Position numbers and translations under genes: made by a program. Under the pieces are notes generated by a model. It was not told the origin of the DNA. It saw only the letters and a program-made list of their open reading frames with translations, and searched no databases. 64,000 bases of DNA from Pavona decussata (Eukaryota): NCBI GenBank assembly GCA_977016875.1, contig CDRNST010000354.1:930001-994000 (forward strand). Reading direction: 5' to 3'. Numbering within the stretch: position 1 is the stretch's first letter; each line of letters starts with the position of its first letter. Below, piece by piece: positions 34,801 to 46,849 of the stretch.

Positions 34801-37800
34801 GTCACAGGTCTTCTTGTGTCTTCTTAACTTATTGGTACCTTTCCAATACTTGCCACATCTTGAACACTGAAACGATTTACTATAGCAGGCAAGATCTTTG
34901 ATATACGAAAAATGGTTTTCGTACAAGTTGAAGTACAGCGTGCTTGGATAATGACGGTGAGAGCGGCGAATGAGTGTAGCGGCGATGTCGGGCTTGTGTT
35001 CATTTTCTTCATCTTCGCCATTTTTCTGAGTCAGAGTGAGATTGTACACTTGTATATTCACTTCAAAAAGCTTCTCCAACTTGTCTAGCTTATTAAGCTT
35101 GACCCCATGAAACTTCTTCTTGGATAGCCCAGCGTCCCTGTACTGTTGGTAATAGTGCTGCGTGTCTCTCTCAACGTTCTTTGTGTGGCAGCCGTTATGA
35201 AGGGCTAGGCAGCGGAAGAAACAGAGATTGTCTTTGTAGGGTTTCCCGGTGTTCGCATTTGTTTCCAAGGCGTCAATACCACGATTGTCCACAATATGCC
35301 CGGGCAGATATTTCCCTCGACAGATAGGGTGATCGCGGATTTTCGTTACAAACCAGGTGACATTCGTGGTGAGATCCACAACCCATTTACTATTCGGTCT
35401 TTGCTGTCGAATCCATTCTTAGAAATCTATGTTGGTGATCTCTTGTATGGCACGGTCTAAATCCTCTTGATTTGAGATCTGGAACGGTTGTTCTAGCACG
35501 AAATTGAATAAACCCAAAAGCAAAGTTCACCTTGAAAACGGTTGTCTGGTCAGCAAAGATTCGGTTTAGCTGTTTGCGAAGGGAAGCTGGACTGATCGTG
35601 GATAGACGAAAATTGTACCAATCTTGCAAGCGGTTACAGTGACTAAAGCGGGTCCTGATTTGGGGCCAGTGTTGGCGGTACATCTGAGCAATATCTGCTT
35701 CGCCACTAGGAACCAAGTTCGAAGGTATCAGGGCAGAATCTTCTTGCCAATCTTAGCTGACAGCGGCGTCTTCAGGGCTTGTTGCTGGGGTTTGCTTTTC
35801 TTAGAGGGTGGCGCCTCTGTGGTTTTAGCGGCGGTGCGTTTGCGACTAACGGATGCAGTGGTGGGTGGTTGCGAAGATTGATGAGTGGTGCGAATATGAG
35901 CGTTGTAAGGTGCGAGGTTGTGAAAGGTTTCGCCACAGGTTCCACAAGTGAAGGTGTGCTCGGCAACGCGTTTGTCGTGCCCCTTGAGATGTTTGTTTAG
36001 ATTCGATCTCGTTTGAAATCGTTTATCACAGCGGGTGCACTAGTGCGATTTCTCGCCAGTGTGGCTTCGCTGGTGGGTCTCCAGGTGGTTTAAGTGAGTG
36101 AACGTTTTGCCACAGGTGTCGCAGCGATGCTCTTTGCGAGGTTTTTTGGACGGAGGGTGACCACCAGCACCCTAAAATAATATTATCTAGTCTTAGTTAT
36201 ATAACCCTCTACGATCGATAAATAAGTTCTTATCTTAACGTTACTCGAGTAAATAAGATCATTTCACTAGCAAATAGTCCATCTAATTATTTGGAGGTAT
36301 AAAAAAATCAAAACAAGTTGAAATGTTTCAAAAATTCGAGAGAAACCAGCATTTGTTTTGATTTCGTCCGCCATTTTGGATTACCCAGTCTTCGCTCGGT
36401 CAGGCATGAAGGAGATTTAATTCATTCATCGCAGACAATGAAACGAGAGTTGAGTGTTGGATCAATCAACGATAAAGAAAGAATTGAGCTTTTGATCGAA
36501 TAAAAATAACACATGCTTTTAGAACAAGACTATGAAAACAGTTCGGAAAATCGCGAATGCGTAAAAACAACTTGGTTAATAACATGTCTATAAAAATTTT
36601 AAGTAAAGGGAAATTGAGCTTTTGTTCAGATCGCTTCTGATAACTTAATTGATTCTCTGACAACAAAACCGAACGAGAATGTAATTCCAATGAACAATGA
36701 AACGAGAATTGAGCTTTTAATCAGATCGTTTCTGATAACTTATTTTCTCCAAAAAACAAAAAAACTAGTAAGTACAATAAATCAAATCACTTACGGTTTG
36801 TCGATTCCAATTTGGCAGTTGATTCGCCTCTCCCAAGCAATGTAAAAAAAAAGAACAGAACATGAGTCTTTAAACAAAACACACCGGGGTTTTAGACCTG
36901 ATAAAACACTGCTACTCGTGTATTAAACTTAACATAATCCACCAAACAAAATTTCGCGATCTTGAAAACAAAACCTGTAGATTGCATGGGTGCTTTATAT
37001 AAACGGGACAAAAGATAGCTAGCTATTAAACAAAAAGTAAAATGTTTCGGACAAATGAAAACTGATATTCAACTTACATTGCTGGGCGGCATATTCTCCA
37101 TATCCTGGATGTCTTGCAATTCGGCCGTTGTCATCTGTTAAGCAAAAAACAATATTTCAACACTGGTTTGAGTTTTAAAATATAAATCCTGTGGGTATTA
37201 AGTCTTATTTTGTCCTAACTCATTGAACAAAGAGGCACTTATTTTTCAAGTAAATTTAGCTTAGCTTAGCTTGTGTAAGGTCGCATAATTAACGTTGTTT
37301 CAACTCAAAATCAACTTCAAAGTTTGACTTGGCAAAATTAAACTCACCGAATCACTCAGTTCCTCCTCCAAATCAGCTTCTACGACACTCACAGATCGCG
37401 CGTCATTGCTTGATGTCTGAATGAAAAGATCAAAACACTTGTTGAACGTTCAAAACTTCAGCCAACGGTTTCTAAATCAATTACAAAGCATGGAGTCGCG
37501 TAATTGTTTAGAACACCTAAAGCGTTGAAGTCACTAAACAATAAAACATTCACTCACAAATTAAACATGACTTACATTTTCTAGTGCCAAGCGTTTCATA
37601 TTCTCAATGTCTTCCAATTCGGCCGTTGTCATCTGTTAAGCAAAAACAATATTTCAACACGGGTTCAAGTTTTAAAATATAAATCCTGTGGGTATTAAGT
37701 CTTATTGTGTCTTAACTCATTGAACAAAGAGGCACTTATTATTTAGCTTAGCTTAGCTTAGCTTAGCTTAGCGTAAGCTTGTGTAAGGTCGCATAATTAA

Positions 37801-38513
37801 CATTGTTTCAACTGAAAATCAACTTCAAAACTTTTAAAGTTTGACTTGGGAAAATTAAACTCAACGAATCACTCAGTTCCTCCTCAAAATCAGCTTCCAC
37901 GTTTGTTGGCGAAAGGTCATTGTTTGATGCCTGTGATATAAGAGAATAAGTTACGTTATGAAAAAGATTGATTCTTTAACTGTTATTGAAAGCAATGTTT
38001 GAATGATCTAAGGGTTAAAATTTTAACCGTTATTGAAAGCAATGTTTGAATGATCTAAGAGTTAAAATTTACGCTCTAAAATAGTTACGAGAAGAAAGTT
38101 TTAGAAATCTACAAGAAATCTATGTTTCGCTAGCGCGTTTGTTTTCTGAGTGGGAATTGTTATGGAAAGAAAGTTAAGCAAACTTGAAAGCGTTTCACTT
38201 ACCATTATCGTGGTTTCAGGAATAGCCGGCAAAACATTTTCAGCGGAATGATCCGATGGAAGCTGTAAAAGAACAGAACCACAACTTAGCTGTGAATCAA
38301 CGCTAGTAAGAAAGTAACAGATCACAAAATTCAATTTCAAAGAACAGAACTTACCGCGCATTCTTGTGCTGCGAGTTCAGCTAGCCTAGCGAACGCCATG
38401 GGCATCATTTCGTCTGGAATTAAGAACGACTCCACGAGAAAATCCCAGTCACGGAGAGACAAACAAGCGTTCAAAGCGGCTTGAAAAACATCGGCGTCCG
38501 TGAAAAAAGCCAT
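31834..38513 (-). pseudogene. Spliced protein-primed family B DNA polymerase (pPolB) with N-terminal micro-exons, C2H2 fingers, OTU-like protease segment and inserted Vsr-like nuclease
   Basis: Exo I YDFE, Exo II GFHSGQYD, Exo III YNNLDV, motif A YDANALY, motif B KL|SGNSAYGK (split by intron 32587-32681), motif C MDTDS, SKTY; DNLCFFRC...HFSYI; insert YQFHGCYWHGH..VEMWE. Main exon starts at 36171. Upstream exons: 38355-38513, 37865-37930, 37576-37632, 37348-37416, 37078-37134, possibly ~36795-36842. Several stops and frameshifts. Confidence 0.88.
37070..37935. repeat. Tandem duplication (~500-bp spacing) of a two-micro-exon cassette with (TTAGC)n intronic repeat
   Basis: ~37110-37380 is near-identical to ~37608-37898; (ttagc)n at ~37256 and ~37743. 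Confidence 0.85.
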
Positions 38514-38720
38514 CGTAATAAATTTTCGAAAATCAAACAAAGTTTTCTAAGAACTAGTGCGAAAAGTTTTCCAAGTAGGCGAACTAACCTCAGAAATGAC
38601 GCTTTCTTTGAATTCATGCGTTTTATTCAAACGGACAATACAAATCTTAAGATCCAATCAGGGTTGTTATGGTCCGGGCAAGTTTGGGCAGGCCTATTGT
38701 TTCTATTGTCATAAAAAGGG

Positions 38721-38790
38721 AATCCAAATTAGTATGCAGGCAATCCAAATTAGTATGCAGACAATCCAAATTAGTATGCGGGCAATCCAA
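38721..38790 (+). repeat. 21-bp tandem repeat in the Polinton terminal region
   Basis: aatccaaattagtatgcaggc / aatccaaattagtatgcagac / aatccaaattagtatgcgggc / aatccaa. Confidence 0.9.
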
Positions 38791-38833
38791 GGGAAATCCA
38801 TGGCGAAGTTAAATTTGACCATTATCTACTACT

Positions 38834-40555
38834 AAACCAGTCCTTGTTCCACTTCCTGTCTTGTACTTTCTGAGACACGATTCCACAAGTGTGACACATG
38901 AATCACATCTTCCACATCGCTTGTTTCATGTGTGATTTCAGGGATGTTTTCTTCAGATAAAGGTGAATAAGAAGTAGGTATTGCAACAGATTCATTGCCC
39001 GTGAAGGTTGTGTCGCTCAGGTCTAGTGCATAACTGTCTTCAAGACTAAGTGAAGACTGCTGCAAGGCACTTTGAATAATGTCCATGTTGGAGCTGTCAG
39101 TTTCATCAACATTAACATGTACTGCTGCCTGCAGTTCTACTTCATATTGCCATACTGGGCCCCTATGGAGACACAGCCATTTATGTCCAAACTGGCTGAA
39201 CATGGTTTTAAGCCAAGAAGCGTAATTTTCTTCCATGCCAAGTTTCTCTGGTCTATTGCATGCAAAGAAACGTATATTATAATCAAGTAAACCGTAGGGC
39301 ATACGATTTAGATCCATTCTTGGTGCAGGGCCTTCAAAGCATTTGCTCAAGGAATAAATGAGGTTTTGGTTCCTTCCTTTATACAATGTTTCCATTGCCT
39401 TTACACTCGAGATAACGAAACCACTTTTCACAACTTTAAAAAATTCTAGACCTCCATCCTCCACCAAGGCGACCTTAAACAAATGGTTTAGGATTTGTGA
39501 CTCAAGCCTCGCAGACATTGAACTTTTGAATAACGAAACAAACTCCTTCAGCATATCTCCAACACTTCGGCTCTGAGGAGGATGTGTATACTTCGAGGGG
39601 GAGCAGCTGAAGATAGGTGACAACGAGATATCTTCTTGAATAAGCCTTGGAGGTTGAATGTTGTCACAAGTTACTTCAGAATTTCCAGACTCGAAGACAT
39701 ACTCAATATTGAGTGCCTCTTCAGCTTCAGATAAAGACTTGAACTCTTTTGTTAGATGTTTGTTGACTCTTGAGCGACAGGATGAACCTTTAAAGCACAA
39801 CAAATACACAAAAATTACTCTAGTGATCGGATTTAAGGGGAAGTATCATGGGGTTTTTCATATCTTTTGGTAAAAATGATGAAATAACTCCTTCAATCAG
39901 CTGCCAAATAATTCTAGAATGACGAGAGGAAAGAAATATACTCAATGCTTGAAAGGAATAACTCATGATCTGTTCTAGCGCATTTTAGCCTAACATTTTT
40001 TAAGTTTAATCCAAACCGGCCTACTCTGTTTCTGGCCAGAGGCACTAATCGACAGTTTTATTGCACTGGGGTGATAATTTATAACAAACTCGACAATTAT
40101 TTCGTTGTTTCTGCTGACAGACAAACATTCTTGGGTTTTGAAATGACAGCAAATTTCCGTGATGCTTCCCCACTTAAGAAAAATTTGAGAAGGAATGGAT
40201 CATCACTTACGAGAGAAAAAGTTACTTTTCCTTGGCTATAAAAACACTTTGTTAATAGATTTCTGTACAAACCTGTCCTCGAGGAATTGCATGTAATGTT
40301 GACAGAATTGGCACAGGCATTCCAGAATGCTTCGTTTTTCATGGTAGACCATTTGTCTTTCCACGCTTCCTCCCAAAATAGACAAATATATTGTACGAGA
40401 GCCGAAATTTCTTCGGAGGACCATTCTCTTGGACCTAATGCCTTGTTTGGTTCTGGGAAGAGACTTTTCCTTGACGATCCTTCCACTGGTGCTCGCTTGG
40501 AAACTGGTTTTCCTGGTGTGTTTCCTTCCGTAACAAAAGGCCTTTTGGAGGCCAT
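38834..40555 (-). pseudogene. Spliced Myb/SANT-like gene (probably transposon-derived), truncated at the Polinton terminus
   Basis: Exon 1 MASKRPF...EWSSEEISALVQYICLFW..KW..FWNACANSVN..SSRT|gt; exon 2 ag|GSSCRSRVNKHL..., open ~320 aa until the Polinton end. Confidence 0.55.
39837..40173. mobile_element. TTAA-flanked MITE in intron
   Basis: TTAA|GGGGAAGTATCATGG ... CCGTGATGCTTCCCCAC|TTAA imperfect TIRs. Confidence 0.65.
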
Positions 40556-41785
40556 GTTGCCTCAAGTAAAAGGCGAAAAACATCAAGATAGCGTTGGGCG
40601 CGTTGGGACGCGATTATTTCCAGCTGTAGATTAAAAGTGAAAAAAAACATTCTAGACACTACTGAAGGTTGAAACGAAGAGAACAAAGAAGTTTCAGGCT
40701 CGAAAGAAATGGTCACAAATTAGACCATGTATACGTGTGTAAATGTTCTTGGTATATAACATAGCATCACTAACCTTCTTCTATAAATAGAGTACTTCAT
40801 ACGTCTGTAAGGGTACCAAGGAGTTTTCTTTCGTAAAACAAAGGAAAAACAAATCCTCCTTCATATGGAAAAATACTGTGGAAAACTCACAATCCTTGCA
40901 AGTTTACGCCGCCAACTTGGAAATCAACCATCCACAATGCAACGCGATCATATCGCGTACACCATCTGACATTTCATGGTAGTTGGAGACATTTTTTAGA
41001 AGATACACTTAATAAAATGTGGTAACATGTATGTGTGCAAGATTTGGTATTTGGTAAAGTTATTTACCAAAATGAACATCAGACATTGCTAATGTCTAGG
41101 TCACTTATTATGGTTATACATATTTTCAAGACAATAGGCTTACTGTTTTACAATAGTACTCAAATTCTGTTAGACCTTTTTTGTAGGGTCAACTGGACAC
41201 CAAATGTAATAATCCATTAAAATGAACTACATTGATGAAATTCATGGTCTCATGCATTCAGTGTATGTAGTGCAACACTTACAGTAAATAAAGCAAGATT
41301 TCCGCACAGCCCCGTACATTAATTATGCATAGTCTTTGTTCAAAGGAAACAAAAGGGATAACAAAAGCGTGCCATTGGGATTACTTTGCCTTGTTCCTCT
41401 TAGTTTTTATATTTTCTTTGTCCATATGGGCTTTGCCGATATTTTCGAATTTTTGCTCAAAAATACGTGTTTTCAACATAAAATTGTCCAATTTTGCTGA
41501 TTTTTCGTGTTTGTTATTTGATCGGCTTGTTCAAAATATGCAAAATTCTGTGCTTTTACTGTTGCGACAGACGTGAAAGCTAGGCTTAAGTCAACGTGTT
41601 ATAAAACATCGCAACAGTTGAATATTGAAAATAATTTTTTACCTGTCTTGTTGTTCTGTTGGATTTTCCTCCTTTCCTCTCTGATATATAAAGATGACGA
41701 CAGCTTGTACCCCTTGCATTGGGTGCAAGTTCAATTTTTGCAATGCACTTTGTTTGGGCTGAAGTATCACAAACGGTGCATAGAG

Positions 41786-42713
41786 TGATACTTTTGGAAC
41801 CTTTCGAACCTCATAAAGGTCTGCAATATGCTTGATGATGTTTCCAAAGGGATCCTCTCCATATTGCTGATGCCACATAAACTCCTGTAGGCAACCATCA
41901 AAGAGTTCTTTGGATGTTCCTGTAAGAGGCCAACTTCGCTTTACTTCCTTCCATGTGTTCTCGATGCCTCTGTGTGGGCACCTGTATCTGGGTTGACGAA
42001 GTTTAGATTGTAATTAACCGTGAGATGATCGTAGCCCTTGTCTTGTAGGCAATGGTAAGCTTTCCATAAGTCGCTCATTACGCATGTTCCAGGCAATATG
42101 TGAGTGCGTTTAATGGGTAAGAGAGTATCTTTATCCCTGTGCTCTACTGGAACAAGGAAGGAGGCCTTTGTTTCTCGGCAAATACCACCAAAAACCCACT
42201 TTCTTTCCACTGTGCGACCACGGTGATACTTGCCAAACTAGGACTTGTTGATCTTGAGTTGTACCAGGTTCCCCTTTAGGCCCCGCATGATGATTCATAA
42301 TTCTTTTGGCAATAGTTATACCAATCTACCATCATTTCCGTAGACATCGCTTCACTGTCTAACAAGCTTTTTTGCACTGCTTGTGAAGCCATAAATTTGT
42401 ATGCCCAAGTGTAAAGTAAGGGCCAATATTTTTCAATGGAAAGCTTACTACCAAAAAAACCATGAGTTCTGGCGTATTGATACCATTCCATTGCAACCTC
42501 TCTTCAAGCATCACCACTCAAACCCATCTCACGATGAAGATCGTTTAGTCCAGGTGAGTGCATTGGTGCAGTCAGCCATTAGACATTTAACAGACGATGC
42601 AAGTAGGTTGTGTTCCTTGCACCACCCGATGCACCCATTGTGATCCGCAAGAATCTTTGATAGGAGAAAAAATTCATTTTATACTGACTCGCCATTTTAA
42701 AACGTAACGTGCC
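41786..42713 (-). mobile_element. Merlin (IS1595/ISXO2-like) DNA transposon, decayed
   Basis: KYHRGRTVERKWVFGGICRET..FLVPVEHRDKDTLLP..ILPGT.VMSDLWKAY..HLTVN..NFVNPDTGAHT; ATG at 42695; candidate terminus GGCACGTTACG at 42713. Confidence 0.85.
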
Positions 42714-42723
42714 TGCAAACTTG

Positions 42724-43694
42724 CAAAAGGTTGGAAGAGAGAACCCCAGATCTGTTACCAGTTCAACTGGGACACCTCCTTGTCCAGCAATGGTTTCTAC
42801 ATAGTACCTTCCTGGATTCTCTGGCAAATTATTTGAGCGTGCAACTTTAAGCCATAGTATGGGCCTACTGAAGCCATCAATGCATCCATGTGTTGGGAAC
42901 CCCATGGCTCCAATTTGTTGTACCCGTCAGTGTGCCATGCATAGGTTGGGCCTGGATTTCTGTAAACTCTCCCCTTTAGTCGGTGTGCTTTATGTGTTGT
43001 GACACCTCTCGGATCTATTTCTTGAAGTAAGTGTTGAGCAATTATTCTAGGTACTCTCAGGCCTTCTAGTTGAAGTGTATGCCAGACAGATCGGTACCCT
43101 CCAGCTGATCCTGGGCCACTTACAATTTCTTTAATACATTTACGTATATCAGCAACTTGGTCCTGGCCATTTAGGTTCCTTCTAGACAGCCCATACTGCT
43201 TAAGTTTTCTCAATAGGGAACTGTAGCTGATGGAGTAGTTATGATTCTTGGCAAGAAAGAGGATTATTTTTTGGTACTCAAAGCCCCTATGGAAGTGATA
43301 TTTGACTACTGCCTCTTTCAAATCTGTGAACAGTTCATAATAACATAAGATTTTCAAATTTTCAAACACAAGTGAAAATGGTCTCTATACACGTGCAGGT
43401 ACAAATTCAAAGCTAGCCACTTGGAAGTGCTCACCTTTTCCACAGTTTGGGCAATTTGCAATTTGGTGATCGCAGTTGGAGCAAAACATCTCTCTCCTGT
43501 CTCTCCTGAAGTGTTTCAAGATAGTGGAAAGTGATAATAAACCGCTGACCTTTTCTTTGCATCATCTTATCCCATGGAAAAACTTAACTTAAAAAACTTA
43601 ACTTAACCCAGCCCACTCTCTTTTTCTACTTGCCGTGAGGTTTTTCTTTTTGGCGGGAGGCTTTTCTTTTTGCCGTGACAGTTGTGGGCCACCG
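42724..43694 (-). mobile_element. IS3EU-type DNA transposon 5' part (helical N-terminus plus integrase core), truncated at the Merlin
   Basis: YFHRGFEYQKIILFL..SLLRKLKQYGL..GPGSAGGYRSVWH.L..YRNPGP.YAWHTDGY.KL.PWGF..HGCIDGFSR.ILWL; small first exon MFCSNC..CPNCGK|gt; terminus-like CGGTGGCCCACAAC at 43681-43694. Confidence 0.75.
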
Positions 43695-43789
43695 AAGTTC
43701 AGCATTACTTTCACCTAAATTGGGTCCCAAAGCAGCCCAAATGACCTTGAAATCTTTGTTTTGAAATTCCTTCTCAAGGTCTACAAAGT

Positions 43790-43816
43790 TTATTTATTTA
43801 TTTATTTATTTATTTA
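43790..43816 (+). repeat. (TTTA)n microsatellite
   Basis: tttatttatttatttatttatttattta. Confidence 0.9.
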
Positions 43817-44199
43817 AGGAGGTATTTTACCCCTTCCCCCCATCTGCATTGTTAAAACGGTTCCACTTAAAACTGAGAGCATGAAACTCTGGAACGATTG
43901 CAATACACTTGACTTAATAGAGAAGAACAACATAGGCAAATTTGAAATGAGCTAACTTGTTGAGAAAAAAATTACCTATGGCCATCTCCTTCTTTAACGA
44001 CATCGTTGAACTCAAAATAAAATCAAACCAAAACCTAGTTTTGCACTATGGTAATTATAAAGGTGATCTTGCTGATCACCATCCTTGGATGGCTCATCAT
44101 TGGCTCCATCCTGAAAGGTTTGTTGGTGTTGTTGAAGCTCGTGCCTATAATAGCAACTAACAATCAGTGTTCAATCAAGGACTGTAAGGTTTTGAAAAA

Positions 44200-44700
44200 A
44201 TAATGTAAACATAAACTGTATGTTAAACACTAATGGTGAGGAAGCCTAAGGGAAGCCACCTGGCCTTCTAAGGAATGGGCTCCCTGAGTTAAGTAATTAG
44301 AAAAAAGTATACACATGGGACCAAAATCTAGTGATATTGATCATAGCTAGGCTAAAAAAAGCGAAAATGAAAGTGAAAAGCAGAGGTAAATAAATAAGTA
44401 AATAACTATAAGGATGAATATTTATGATAAGAGGAATGTTTTTAGCTTACTGCAAAAGGAAGTGGTACAAGTTGCATTTCGAATTTCAAGACTAAGAGGA
44501 CTTGGGAAACTGATTGGAAAACTTCTTATATTTGTCCTGCATTGTGGTAAATAAAAAAGCTCCAAACTTCTAGTGCCGTAGGAATGCACTTGGCATGTGA
44601 CCAAAAACATGTTATTGAAGCTATAAGGAAGTAAGTCAGATTTATATAGCCATTTAGAGGCTGATCTGCAATTTGAATGATACACACAGAAAAATTGAGG
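44200..44700 (-). mobile_element. 3' end of a CR1-type LINE
   Basis: LLPYSFNNMF..QVHSYGTRS..FYLPQCRTNIRSF..SLEIRNA..SFCSKLKTFLL* followed by a 3' UTR. Confidence 0.75.
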
Positions 44701-45392
44701 GCGGAAAAGAACACCGATGTTAATGTCAATGTAAAGATGTTTTTTTTTACACTCCTACTGTGTAACAAAACCCTCATTGGACTTGTCACCTTTTGTATGT
44801 AGTTTTACACTGGTACACGTATGTCAATACGAAATAGTTGTTACATTACACAAAATGTTGGTTGTTAGGGTGCGCGGACACAGAGAAACCACAATATTCT
44901 TTTGTGGGAAAACTTGCGCCGGGAATATTCCAGCAAGGCTCGGATAAAACCCACCGACTGAGGGGCCTCGGTGCATGGTGCTATACCAAGGTTTGGGCCT
45001 CATACCTGTACTGCAGGGGGTGGGGGGGGGGCATAGTTCACACGTGAAAACGGATGGCTGGCATAATGTTCTTGGGCCAAGTTAACCAAGTTAAGGAAAT
45101 CCTATAGCCCCCCTCCCTGAGGGGGCTTCATGACAGGGCTGAAGGGGTTCCGCAGGCAACCATTCCTGGCCCAAGACACCGAGTAATACGGGAAGTACCC
45201 TGTGCTAAGCCCATTCTCCAAGACCCTTTCTCTACCTGGTTGCGAGGGCTGGATACAGCTCTTATCTGCTCCATGGGGAAATGCAATGAACCAAAGACCA
45301 TTGGTGGAGAAAAGATATTAAGGAGTGGACGCGCAGGTATAATCGCATGTTCTAACTTAAAACCTTAACTGAAACGATCTAAACAACCTTAA

Positions 45393-45500
45393 AGTGCACC
45401 TTACTGTACATTTTTTTATTCGGCAAAATAAATCTACTTTCTTTCTTAAGTGTTCCAGCGAAAGACTTCTGCATAGTTTTCAAATCATCTTTATTGACAG
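45393..45500 (+). mobile_element. Kolobok-type terminal fragment
   Basis: TTAA|AGTGCACCTTACTG..., homologous to 13850-13908. Confidence 0.5.
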
Positions 45501-46849
45501 ACAATTACAGAAGACAGTATGGGCTACACATTCTAGGGTGTGGACATTTCACTTCCACAGTCATTTTCCACAGTCTATATGTATCCTAATTGTTGATGAT
45601 TGATTGAGGCGGTCGTGGGTACCCTCAAGGGTTGGTTACATATGCTTCACCAGTTTAATTGTGAGTGTATATGACCTGGAACATGTAAAAAAGATTGATC
45701 CTTTGTTTGAGACAGAGTTCATTTGTCAACAGCTCCATATGAAACATGCTGGAAACTTTTACTGCCTAAAGCAGCCAGTGTTTACATAGCATGGTGTTGC
45801 TAGAACTCAGACTTACAATTGAGTTTAAATCCTATCTTTTTCAAAAGAACCAATAAAATTGTTTTCAAACAGAATGGTGTAACTAATTATTAAGTGTTTA
45901 GAAAACTATTTAATTACCTAATTATCCTTTCTGTTTTTTTTTTTTTGGACAATCAGTCCATTTTTTGTGGTTGGTCATTGGCCAATTGCATTGTTTACAC
46001 TAAGGCACTGTCTTTGGTTGGGATCTTGGTTCCTTAGAAATCTCAACTACTGGGGAAAGAAGACACACAACATGAAACACTACAAATTATGCAATTATCT
46101 AAAAAAGTATTTGTCCATGTGTTGGTTGATTACCACTAAGTGAGGGGACTGAATTGAGGCTATCTACCCCACCCATAAGAAAACAATGAGGAGGATAAGT
46201 TGAATCAGGGGGGCGGGGGTGGTAAAAGGGTGGATACACATACTTCAGTTATAGCAGCACTTACACCACAAATACAAATAATACCTGGTGTGGTGGGGGG
46301 GACATCTTTTGCTTTTGTTTCTGCAGCATTTCGTTCATAGGGGCAGGACATTTTTCATTTAACTTTCGGGTAGCTTCTTTCAGTTCATCGGTTGTTGATC
46401 TGAGAAAGGTTTGGTAGATTTTCTCCTCATAATCTAGGAAAATAGTTATTAGAGATAACAAAGTTGCCCATTTCAAAGGCTATGAAATTTGTACAATACT
46501 TGTCAGATATCTTTGCGTCATAGTGATAAGAAAAAACCTCATTTGCCTTTACTTTCAACACACTTACATTCGCGACTACAAAACTAGTTTCATCAATAGA
46601 CCTCGTCAGTTGGTAGCCACAGTTTGTTGTAAAAATACAGACGACTTGATATAATATAGCACGAGGAATAACCCTAGTAGCTAAGTAACAATAAAGCTAC
46701 ATGGATAAGGGGGGGGGGGGGGGAATAAAAGTATAAAAAATGGAAAATATAAAAATCATGAATAATTAAAAAATATAAATACAACAAAATAAAATATAGT
46801 TCACTTCCTATTGTGCAATAGTCATATGAAGTAATGTTTGTAGCTTATC

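Larger units (their letters stand above)
27945..38833. mobile_element. Polinton/Maverick (adintovirus-like endogenous virus), right part; left part (integrase, minor capsid, left TIR) absent
   Basis: Contiguous MCP, protease, accessory ORFs, ATPase and pPolB, ending in ...ATTATCTACTACT (5'-AGTAGT terminus) at 38833. Confidence 0.92.

Noticed and set aside
14814-38833. A single 24-kb Polinton bounded by the two AGTAGT termini
   Set aside because: Termini match only in short blocks, flanking 6-mers differ, and both ends lead into exon-1-like ORFs, so they are equivalent ends of different elements.
45000-45350. GC-rich segment resembling a LINE 5' UTR, possibly with an HDV-like ribozyme
   Set aside because: Could not build the nested double pseudoknot by eye, and no ORF follows; needs a covariance-model search.
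46801-46832. Possible hammerhead relic after the second Penelope-like element (CATATGA-CTATTG-CA-CAATAG-GAAG on the minus strand)
   Set aside because: Three core mismatches and no stem III or cleavage triplet; too degenerate to call.
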